From: Balanoglossus misakiensis | Taxonomy: Eukaryota; Animalia; Hemichordata | Assembly: GCA_040954595.2 (NCBI GenBank) | Contig: CM082578.2 | Location: 18,184,728-18,248,727, forward strand | Length of the DNA: 64,000 bases | Direction of reading: 5' to 3' | Part shown: positions 53,301 to 64,000 of the stretch, piece by piece | Layout of the letters: every line of letters starts with the position of its first letter | Position numbering within the stretch: the stretch's first letter is position 1 | The notes under the pieces: model-generated | The model's input: the letters and a program-made list of their open reading frames with translations, nothing else | The model's database searches: none | What the model was told of the DNA's origin: nothing | Translations under genes and position numbers: made by a program

Positions 53301-56300
53301 CCTAAATTTTCTGGCAGAGAAGTTGTAGTCATCTGCTTACCTTTCTGGAGACGTTTTAACATCAGTTCTGTCTGTGGACTCTTGCCGTTTTTATCTTTCA
53401 TTTAATATTGGATAAATATGCTAGTATTATCACCACATGTAACTCTTTTTGAATATTCATACCTCTATTTTTAGCTGTATTTGTTAGTCACCGATAACAT
53501 GGTACACCCCCTTCCCAAAATCTAAAATGATATAATAGTAGAAACAAATTTGAAGTTGCTGGTATTTTAATTCTGTTTACTCAGGCTTGATTTATTGATG
53601 ACTAAAATTTGTCGCAATATGGTCAGTCCAGGAAGATTGACTGGATAGGGTAGTGACATGTTCACACGAATGCTTCTACCTACAGTTCCAGTCAGACGTG
53701 TAACTCCCCCACACAACACCCACGGTGTGTACCCTCATCCCTGAATACGAACAATGTGAACAAACACACCTGTACACCTACATGTACTGTAGGAGTCACG
53801 CAAGCAAAATGAGTACTCGCATATTGCAGCATACAGACAGACATAACTGACACACACAGACATATGGACACAGGTGTGACACACACACACACACTCCTCA
53901 CACATATGACAACAAACACCAGGACACTCATCATTTAGACACAGTCACCAATTTTCAAAACCGTATACACAAACACGGGGGAGACATGACAAAAACCCAA
54001 GCCTAGAGAGTTCACACAAATGATATAATTATATTCCTAGAAAGGCCTTCCTCCTAAGAAAATATCAAGTGCATGTATTAAATAAATAAATAATTAATAT
54101 AAATTCAACCATGAACTATTTCGGCTTTTCATTTTTTGTTATGATTAATATACATCATAATGAAGGCCACCTGCTCTTCATAATTTCATTAACTGCTGTT
54201 ATTATCTCTGCAATAATAATTAAGCTGTTACAGTATAAAAGAGCCTTGTGACCTGCGAGATCACTTTGTATTATACTGGTGTAGTCTTTGTTTATATATA
54301 CTATTCACCAAATACAGATGTGTAATAATAGTATGACTCGTCAAATTGTTTTTGATGAGGCCATCCTTGATAAAGGGCCAAACAATTTGGAAACACGTTT
54401 TAAAATAGTCTGTCTGGCAAGAGTGCATGGAATTGTGGGACTGGCCAAGACCTTTTCATGCTGGCCATAAATGTTCACCTTGCCTGGCCATGAGTTTGTC
54501 CTAAGAGGCACTGCAGTGGCATAAAATGGCATAAAATCCCAAAGAATTACTTTTTCCCCCAGAATTTTCACCATGTGATTTTCGATCGATAAATGCAGCT
54601 GTTAACACCACAAGTGTTCTACCATGAAGTCCTTTGGTATACACCTGTGACAGTCGCTAATTAGAAGCCATGTATGTACTTGTCCATCCATATCTCATCA
54701 TGCCTATTTGTGTCTTTTGTGGAAAAAAGGTCAGCATGTTTGATTAACTGCACTTATTGTTATTAATGGGAGTTTGAATGACCCCATTGTCAAAATATTG
54801 TTCTTGATATAAAACAAGTAGACGTTGGTATAAACTCACTGGGTACCAATGATTCATTTGTCACCACTACTATTTCAGAGGGGTGCCTAATGGATTAGGC
54901 TATATCTGTCGCACCATGCGACTTTAAATGTTATTGTTCAGACATGCCTGGGCCGATTTCATTCAAGATTGGTACATTGTACATGTACAAGGACAATTAT
55001 GTGCTAAAAATGCATGGTACAATCCAATATGGCCACTCGGAGGCCATTTTGTTACAAGTCCAGAGACACAGTCATGCCTGAACATATTTCATTCTCCTGG
55101 GATCCTCAGTTGAATTTTCATAATCATAATAATTGTGTTTGTGAAGGCTGTGAAATGCATTGTGTTTATTGAATCTGTCATCTGTTGGTGAGAATGCTAA
55201 CATGAATTAAGGCTTTCAGGTGCTCGTATCAAAATGTATTACATGTCAACAATGTTATTGAAGTCCAGCTCAAACTTATCTTTACATAGACAAAAGCCTG
55301 CAATTATTTTATTTCATTTGATGGTACCAATTATTTGTAATTTTGAAGCAAAGTATACTGATAGAAGTGTGCGAAGAAACCAAGACAAAAAATACAGTAT
55401 TAAAGGAATAATCATTGTGAAATTCCTGAACACCTTGAACGGATGTTTGTGTGTGACATTCCACTCTGGGGAATGATAATCAGGAAAGAAGGCTGACAAC
55501 CCGTAAATTATGAAAATTGACACTTAATTGAGAGAAGTCATGTAGCCAGTGTGAGAGCAGTTTTTTCGCAGATGATTTATGTGTGTCTCGCATGAATCCT
55601 GGAAATTGTTTATTTATTGATGATTTGAAATTTAATACTGTAGATAAGAAGCAATCGTCTGCTGTTGAAAGATAATGTGAAGAATGGGTGGAATCATAAT
55701 TTTCAGCAAATTGTCAAATTTTCGACTTATTGCTGGAACTTGTGGCATGCAGAGGTATTGCTTTCTGTATTCACTTGGAATGTTCCACTAGTCTGTGGGA
55801 GTTTCCTTACTTGTAAATTAGAGGACTGCATAATTTGATCTTGGAGATCATGAAAAGTGAGACTTGTTATATTTTTGACTGTCCTTGCCCTTATTGATAC
55901 CATTGGCTGCTCAGTTCAAACACTAGCACAGCCAATTCTCATTCCGTCTCAGTTCTTACTTACTGGCATCTCTGAAGCTGTGTGGAAGAACATCTCCAAA
56001 ACAAATTTGCAAAAATATCCTGGAGTTCGAATCATTGGAATAGTACTTGCTAACCCCATCACCCCAACTTCCAACGTCCACCAAAGTTATAAAGGTACCG
56101 TAATAATGCTGAGCTCAATTTTCATAAGTTTTGGAATTGGAAAGGTGATTTTCCTAACATTCTCTTTTTCACTCTCTCCTCTAATGTGAATGCTTTGCTT
56201 TGTAACCATGATAGCAAAATAGACCACAACATTGAAAGACCCTTTGGTGTTGTTAATGAACTCTCCATGAATTATTTTCCCTGAGGTGAAAAGAAATGCC

Positions 56301-59300
56301 CAGCTGTGTTACAGGTGATGAGTGTGGTGTACTTGCCCCGACTGCCAACATACCTTGGTGACTGTCGGTTCATTTCTTAGTCTGTTGGATTAATGTCATT
56401 AGCCTTATTTTGAGATGACAAAAATAGGAATGATGATTCAGAGTGCAATGGGGAATAAATTCATGTGAATCAGCCAATCCAGATCAAGTGTTATGGTTTA
56501 AATACCATTATACATAATGTAGATAGATGGATGGATGGACGGACAGACAGACAGACAGACAGACAAAAACATGTAGATAGATAGACATGACACAAAGCCC
56601 CTAGTTCTCACATTTGATTAAGTGGCATTGCCAAGATGTTTATGATATTAATTTCATGCTGCATTCTAGATTCATCAACCTCATGATGTATTCTAGATTC
56701 CATGGCAAGGTTCACATTGTTTTACATTTAGGAGTGAATCATAGAGGCCAATTACGCTGTTACTGGGGAAAAAATGCAAGTACCAGGCATTTACGTGTAC
56801 CTGGACAATCATCTGCAACACTTCAACCTTTCAAAGCTTTATTGAGAATGCGTAAGGATATCACAATCAATATACAGCTACAGTTGTGTGCATGATTGAC
56901 ATATCAGGCAAAGAATGCAAACATTATGTCAACAGGCATCAAATTTTAGTGCCTTCTTTGTGATTTATGGTGTCAATATGTGAAATCTATAATGTGCTAT
57001 TAATGTCAGGTCAGGATTTTGACATCTAGCTCATTGTTTAATTATGTTTCTCACCAGAGTCATTTGTTTTTATATTACCAGTGTGAAGTTGGGGCTTGGC
57101 AGGGAAAGGTGCAGACTTTCAGTGGGTGGAAATATTTCTTTCTGTTCTATCAACAAAGATGACCATGTGTTTAAAAAAATACTTGAGAGTTTTGAAATCT
57201 TTTCTTTGCTCTGTCAGCGATGGCACTTTTAAGTCTTCCCTTTATTAGATTTAAAAACTTGAACTCTGACCTTTTCTTGTTTCATTATCAAGAAAAGTTC
57301 CATTGCAGTAAATTAGGCATTCAACATCATGAACCTGTTCTGGGATTTCAATGGTTACCAGGAGAAAATAAAAATGAAAAATTCACTCACCACCTCTGTT
57401 GCTTTGCCAAATAATCCAGGGAAGAATATTTTTGTCCCTTGGGCTAAGTGGTATCTCCTGTGTTGGTGATGTGTCCCTTATTGGCAAGGGTACACTGAAA
57501 TTACTCCTATAATAGTTCAACATGTCTGTAATGAAATGTTATTTATTGCATGAATTTAGATTACAGATCTGACTGAGAATCAAACCTCTGTCTCTGTGTG
57601 TATTTTTGGAAACATTCTTTTATTCCAGTTGGACATGGTACAGAATGGGAATTTCTAGTTTGGCCTGGTTCCATCTGCAGATCAGTTTCTTTAGACATGC
57701 TGGCATGTATTTCTTCTGGAGATGGTATTTATAAGGAGCAATACACTGTTTATTACACTTTATACAGCCCACTGTAGCGGCCATTTCTTTTTGACTTGTG
57801 CATGTCCTGAGTAACCATCCAGACACCCAAAAATTGGTTTTATACAGAATCTGTAGAACTCCAGAGTGTTATGCAAGGGTGTGTGCGAGCGTGTACGTGT
57901 GGTTGTGTGGTTGAATAGCTCTAAGTCGAGCATCATAATGAAATTGAAGAACTGTCACTCAGTATACTTCATTGCTATGGTTACCATCACACAAGTCAAA
58001 TAATTAGCCTAGGACCTGACAAATCATCTTTTATATAAAGCGACTAATATTGCGGTATACATTTCAGAGAAGAAAATCTCGTCTGTCTGCAGGACAATGT
58101 ACCCATGCTGAGAAGACGCATGTAGCCAGACAACACAGTGTTGTGAAGTCTTGTGATTTGTTTTGTTATTCTTCACCCGTTCAGAAGGCCAAAATAGAAC
58201 TGCCATCAAATATCTCACAATGATAAGCTGATATCAGTGAAGATTTGGGTTATTTTTGGCCAAGACTTTAACTGGCGACCTCTCTGCATTGATTGAAACT
58301 GCCCTAATGAAACAGATGAAGGAAGTCTTAGCTTACATAGTTGACAAACAATCCATGCCGTAACAAGTATATTGAAAAGTTACTGGGTTACATGGAACTG
58401 AAATCTGAGATCCTTAAGTTCACCAACATGGATATGATATGTAATGAGATATTTCTTAATGTAGCCATACCTCTTCAAGTCTAACACCAACTCCAGGCTG
58501 TTTACTTGTTGGACAGATCACCGACATCAAAGCAGAAAATTATCCAACTTGGCCCCGACTTCTGACTAAAACATATCAGCCTTTTTTTGGCACTCAGTGA
58601 TGCAGAAGCAATTTTATTAATACCATAAACGGTATCAGACTGCGAAATTGAGACTCTGTTAATGTATTGTATTTTTATATAGATTCTTTGTGTGTGTACT
58701 TCGCGTAGTTGTGAGATGTGTGGGATTGGATTGGATTCATTGAATTCATGTAGCTGTGGTTTAATTTACATATATCACTGGCATACTTTGAGTGAATGAT
58801 ATACCATACTAATATGGTTTTCAATGTTATATAGGGTGTTTTTGATTTCATTGTATTTAATAAAGTGAGCTGAATTGGGCGATAAAAGGACAAAAGAACA
58901 GAAAAGACATTTCATGTGTGCATAGATGCCCTAGGCTAACCAACGTAGCCGGCTTGTAGGTTTCAATGCGTAAATCTGTGTAAATGAATGTTGCCTCTGA
59001 TGGATTGAAACACCTCCATTCGTAACTTTACTGTGCATTGGTTTCTGCAGATTATTTGCAAAATTTCAATAAATTGTATCATTTGTTTTTTTAAAGTCCT
59101 AATTCTGCTAGTACGTTGACATTGTAATGTTAGACTCTATTGTGAATTGCCAAAAATATGACTGGTAATTTTGATGTAACTTCATAAGGTTTTGACCATA
59201 ATTGGTAGCTTATAGCCCCTATACTTGACTTGAGATTTCCTCATACGGTATTCTCAGAATTGCATGGTAATCCCGGTCTGCAGATGAGGCCATATGTATT

Positions 59301-61611
59301 CTACTCGGTTTTCTTGTCTCCATTTTCTGAATTCAAAAATGAAATGCATTGCTGGCGCTTCATGACTGAAGTGAATCTCTGCCAGATCATCATCCTGTAT
59401 TCATCACTGCAAAGATTCTGTTGCTATGCAACAAGAGGACAGCCACTTCAAATGTCAAGCACTCAAGTTTTTGCTTTGTGGGTCTCTCATGGTGTTTCTA
59501 CCTATTCATGTTTACACTCAGCACAGAAGTGGTGTTTTTTTAGCCCTTTCACCCCCAGTTCCCTCTTTAGAGGCCCAACCTTACCATAGAAAACCGTGGA
59601 TTTGGACTGAACCATGGTGGTGAAAGGGTTAAAGCACCTCACTTATGACTTCATCAACCCTGCATGTGACTGGACCTTGAAATATTTACAGCAGATACAA
59701 ATTTAGTGTATATGATAAACTTTAGTGTATATGAATTAAACTTTGCATCTGATGCTTTTGAAGAGCTTACCTCTATTCAATCTGCCATGTGGGTTCTGCT
59801 GCAACAACTACCAATGCTCTATCTTGGTGTGAGGAAATGCGATAAGACAGCTGCTTGTTAAAAGGCTTCCCAATTGTTGTTTGTTTTCTGTTAAATTTGC
59901 TGGCAAATGAATCATTGATGAACTACTTTGGAAAATGTGAGCTAATTGTTATTCTTTCATGCATCTACAGTTTCAACAAATGGGTTATGATAACACTGCT
60001 GTATTATTGGGATGCATGATTGTCAATTGGTAACAGCTGAATAAAAAACACCTTTTTTTTAAAGAAGAAAATCAAATAGAATTACTACAATTAGTCTATT
60101 TAGTCTCTTTAACCCTACTTCACCCCTGTTGTCCTTAAATGGGCCCAACTGTGCCATTGGAAACAGCATGGGGTTAAACCAAAATGGCATTGTGAACAGG
60201 GATTTATCTGTGTATGATAGCATTTTGATATTCTGGTTCTGTGGGTTTTCAGTATAGTAACTGTCAGAACAACCTCTGAAGGTTGTTGCTAGAACATCAG
60301 ACAGCTGGTGAGAGTTGTTTTTTTTACAGATGGCTTTCCAGTGTCCGTTGATGCGTCTATCTTGTTTTAAAAACCCAGTTCAAATTCTCCCTTCGTTTCC
60401 TTCATGAATGGATCTTAACCATGTGTGATGAAAACATTCCCCCCCCCCCCAGAAATGTCCGGTTATCATTCAAAAAGAACACACAATCTCTCCACCTGGG
60501 AAACAGCTGCTTGCCTGAAATGTCCGTAGTACACACATATGTAATCTCCGGAAATATATCTTTCTTTTGTGTGTGTGTGTGTGTGTAAGACTTTAATTTA
60601 AAACTGATTAAAAATATTCTAATACAAGTCCCAGGTGATGGAAATATGTCCACATCATGATTTTTTGACTGTGCAAATATCAAAGTGCTTAGGTCGGTTT
60701 TTAATACCTAGATTATGAGCTATTTGTCTTTTGTACTGGACAGTTAGACGAATATAATGTTAATTAACGACCTGTGTAATGTAGGCATTTTTAATTTGCA
60801 ATACAGTTACGAGTTGTATGGATTTAGCATCGTTGTTTGCTTTCAATATTGAAGGCAAAGTGGTATGTTTATCCCACAGAGAAACATAAAGTTCATTTCG
60901 ATGCAGTTGGTCTAAAAGTAGACAATTAAAATACTGGCTTGAGGGTTAAAAAAAGCAAAAGAATTTTAATTGTCCAATTCCACAGAAAAATTAAAATAAT
61001 TCAAGTTAAAACTTACTTACCATTTGAAAGAAATATGAGTTTCATTTGACCTATATTATAAGGTGAGGTCTTCAAACTCAGAAGTAAACAGACCACAGGA
61101 ATAAAATGTGAACTTTACATAATTAAATTAAGAGAGCTTTTTCTGAGGGCATGTTTGCTGTGAAAACATGACATATCTATGTCCAATGATTTCTAATTGA
61201 CTGATGAGAGAGGGAGTGGGGAATGAAGATGGGGGTGGGGGTGTTGGAGAAAGGGAGGGAGGAACAATGTTTCATTCTACCAACCATATAAGCATGTACA
61301 TATGAGGATGGAAGGGTAACTGATTTAATGTAAAAACGCTATGTATTCTATCCATGGCACTGTCTTCTTTAAATTGTTGAATGTTAATGTTTAACTGAAA
61401 AATCATGAATTACTGAATTATCAGGAAAGAAAAACTTTGTGGGTGATTCATATTGACCAACGCATTCTTTCTCTCTGTTTTTTTTTTTGCTGACAGCTCC
61501 ATGTATTTTGATGAAGATGGAGATTTAGCACATGAATTTTACGAAGAAACTGTCAGCAGAAGTAGACACAGAACACACATGAAAAGAATTTACAGAAATT
61601 TAGCTCCTCAG
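44394..61611 (+). CDS. TUSC2: Tumor suppressor candidate 2 (FUS1) ortholog, exons 1-2; final exon not found in the window
   Basis: Exon 1 at 44394-44560 (MGNSTT myristoylation-type N-terminus ... SPFILTRT) joins in phase 2 to exon 2 at 61497-61611 (SSMYFDEDGDLAHEFYEETV...RIYRNLAPQ). This matches human TUSC2 PFVFTRRGSMFYDEDGDLAHEFYEET...KNLIPQ. The intron is 44561-61496. Confidence 0.92.
45277..45334. mobile_element. 58-bp hairpin MITE with TAG...CTA termini and a 9-bp target-site duplication
   Basis: TIR TAGCCTAGTACCTTGGCG / CGCCGAGGTACTAGGCTA. ACAACCGGT is directly repeated at 45268-45276 and 45335-45343. Confidence 0.8.
49432..49508. mobile_element. 77-bp hairpin MITE with TAG...CTA termini and a 10-bp target-site duplication
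   Basis: TIR TAGCTCTGCCTAGCAGGGCTGTGTGT / ACACACAGCCCTGCCAGGCAGAGCTA. GGTCAAGGCA is directly repeated at 49422-49431 and 49509-49518. Confidence 0.8.
54880..55110. mobile_element. Probable fragment of another HINE-like element
   Basis: GTCGCA-CCA-TGCGAC stem-loop followed by TTT (~54909-54926). AATCCAATATGGCC (~55021) is the reverse complement of the GGCCATATTGGATT motif repeated in 4061-7440. Confidence 0.4.
56520..56587. repeat. Compound tetranucleotide microsatellite (GATA/GATG/GACA)
   Basis: Read directly from the sequence. Confidence 0.85.
59540..59632 (-). mobile_element. ~90-bp piggyBac-like MITE, best-preserved copy
   Basis: Terminal inverted repeats CCCTTTCACC...GGTGAAAGGG flanked by TTAG/TTAA. 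Confidence 0.75.
60109..60205 (-). mobile_element. Degenerate copy of the same ~90-bp MITE family
   Basis: TTAACCCTACTTCACCCC...GGGCCCAAC...CCATTGGAAAC...GTGAACAGGG aligns loosely with 59540-59632. Confidence 0.5.
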
Positions 61612-64000
61612 GTAAGCTTGTTTTTGGGTAGGTACATGTAGTGTGTTTGTGGACGATCTTGTAAAGTTTCTTTTGGTTCCAGCTGGCCAGTTCCTTTGTC
61701 AATTCATTCTACAAACAGGTGTACAACTGGTGCATAATTGCTGTTACCATTCACGTTCTGTGTGTATCTGATTCTTGCAGAAATATTTGCATGACACCAT
61801 TTGTGAAAACAGCTTTAGAGATACACACTGTACTTTTATTTAGAAAGACAAAAGTATAGACTAACTGAGGCTGGTGAGGGCAGTCTGCATGGTGTTTGTT
61901 AGACACAGAGAGATGGCAATTAACTGCTACCAGAATCGTCATTGATAATCGTTTCAGATATTTACAGGCAGGGTTCATATACAATGCAGTGTACGAAACA
62001 AGCTGAAATAAAATCCAGCACTCTCACTGTATCTTGATAGTGTATAGTTTGCCAGAGGGAAGAAAGATAATGTGTAAGACGAGGAGTTGGGAGAAATCCC
62101 AGGCTCTGAGGAATGTACATCTTATGTTCTTATCTGGTAGAACAGAGAGTACTGAATCTGAAAAGTCTGAAAGAAGACTTTCTTCTAATACAGAAAATGA
62201 GGTTTTCATTTAATGATACCCTGGAGGCATAGTGAAACATGAAAACCAGACTAACCCTCACAGACAAAGCTGGGTTTATAATCTGATGGATAGAAACAGT
62301 TTTTGTCTAGTTTTTCAGTCACATTTTTTTCACGTGTAGTTAAATACTTGATAATGCTGTCAAAGGACCTCATTTAGATACAAGTTGACATCAAATATCA
62401 CCATGATCACTTCAATATTAAAACCAAGAAACTTTTTTTGCACCGAAGTGTGACACATGTTTCGTAAAAAATATTCAAAATCACTGCTCAGGTTCCTATG
62501 ACTTTAAAATATGCAAGCATTGCTCAAAAAATTGACCGAGGTTGTAAGAGGCTTTTCAAATTAACAAGAAAACTGGAAAGAACTCCATGGCAACATCATC
62601 CGATTAAGAAACTGAAAACTGAGACACTGAAGCTGTTCTGTTGATAATTGATGTCAACTAGAAATTTGAACAGTCATTGTGAAGAAGATTTTGAGTGACA
62701 AGACTGAGATGCAAGATTGAAAACTTTCTAGAAATAGCAAAAAACAACAACAACACGACAATCAACCTCTTCTTATGCCAGACAGATAGCAATAGTTTCA
62801 TTTTAGGACGGTGTGACTTATTTTCTTCGTTTTCAGAACAAGCTTTGACAATACATTTTTTACAGAAAGCCCAGCAGCTTCTTTCTAATAATATTGACAC
62901 ACTCCTGTCGTAAATGACATGTGTAAATATATTTGGCTGAGGCACTTGTATTGATTAGTTTGGATTACTTAATAGAACTGCCGCTTTTAGTCATATTGTC
63001 ATGTGCATATCTGGTTTTCAATTAACACTCTTTATGCTGTTTGATTTCCGATACATTTTCCATCATCATGTTGCTAGTCCAAAGTCACAACATATGAAGG
63101 GACGCTGATTGGAATACTGTGATGTGCCATACACAAAGTCTTGTTTCAGTTTTGTGGAGTGTACACACATGTCCATGTTTCGAGATGGCATACAAATCTG
63201 GGATCCTGATCAGCAATTTCTTAATTTGATGTTTTTGACTGCCTTTATTCATTTCGTGCACTTGACTGATTACATGTGCACACAACAATCTTCTCCCAAG
63301 TCTCTCTGAAATGAAATAGCACTTGGTGTAATATTCAGTATGGTCATGGCGTAAGCAATTCCATTAACGTTCAATTTAATCTGTGGGGGAGACCACATAC
63401 ATGTTTTAGTGGTAGAACAGAAGTGTTGTGCAGAGAAAAGTTGACATTACTTCTTGTCTAAATGATAAATAATAATGGAATAGCTATGTAATATTGTTGA
63501 TTAGAATGTATGTTCTGTAAGTATCGAAATTTACAGTAATTTCTATAGAATACAGTCTATATTAGCTGAATTACTCTCTTGGGATTTTGAGGATGTAATA
63601 TCAAGATAGATAATTCATCAATTTTGAAAGAGTTTTCTATTTCTTTATTCTCAGACTGTGATAAATCTCTGCCCGAAGGCTTTCATATCTAAAATTTATG
63701 TGGATTTCTAAAATGCTAAGTAATTTGGATTATTTGGTATTAATATTGTGGAAATTAGATATCTGTGGATGCTCCCTGGACGTTGTTACGGCTGCCAGAA
63801 ATAAATTTTCCATGATGTGTGTTTTCATAGATAGACAGCTTTCTGTATAAAGAGAGGCTGGAATAACACCGAAATTCAGTGGATACTGAGAGGGACCACT
63901 GAGTAGATCGGTCGAATAAAGTGTTCTCAAATTTTCTTTGGAGAAGGACAAATATGAAGTTTGAAAACTTCATACAAGTACATGTATTGCAGCTTTTTGT

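Noticed and set aside
55857-56189. ORF with a signal-peptide-like start inside the TUSC2 intron
   Set aside because: Starts at GTG, has no recognisable domain and no supporting splice sites.
62226-62300. GIVKH... resembling the start of TUSC2 exon 3 (human GIVKL)
   Set aside because: No in-phase acceptor or polypyrimidine tract, and the conserved PR(I/L)HVDFP motif does not follow.

Overview
Eukaryotic, intron-rich animal genomic DNA, most likely an invertebrate deuterostome such as a hemichordate (inferred from gene structure and repeat style, not proven). Five protein-coding genes were reconstructed by hand from GT-AG junctions with consistent phases. (1) The 3' part of a probably secreted CUB + 17 EGF/cbEGF protein ending in a CxxC-coiled coil and an RGD motif (+, 30 to ~11500). 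(2) IPPK, inositol-pentakisphosphate 2-kinase, with 12 coding exons and ~476 aa (-, 16244-24550). (3) A BTG1/2-like gene with an intronless CDS (-, 27548-28006). (4) A helical-repeat + C-terminal MYND zinc-finger gene (-, 36178-37482, possibly starting at 38050). (5) TUSC2/FUS1 exons 1-2, separated by a ~17 kb intron (+, 44394-61611, last exon not found in the window). Non-coding sequence holds a 3.4 kb tandem Helentron/HINE-like element, four copies of a ~90 bp piggyBac-like MITE, two tiny TAG-ended MITEs with 9-10 bp target-site duplications, hairpins and microsatellites. No CRISPR arrays, rRNA or convincing tRNA were seen. Most ORFs in the supplied track are exon fragments or noise.
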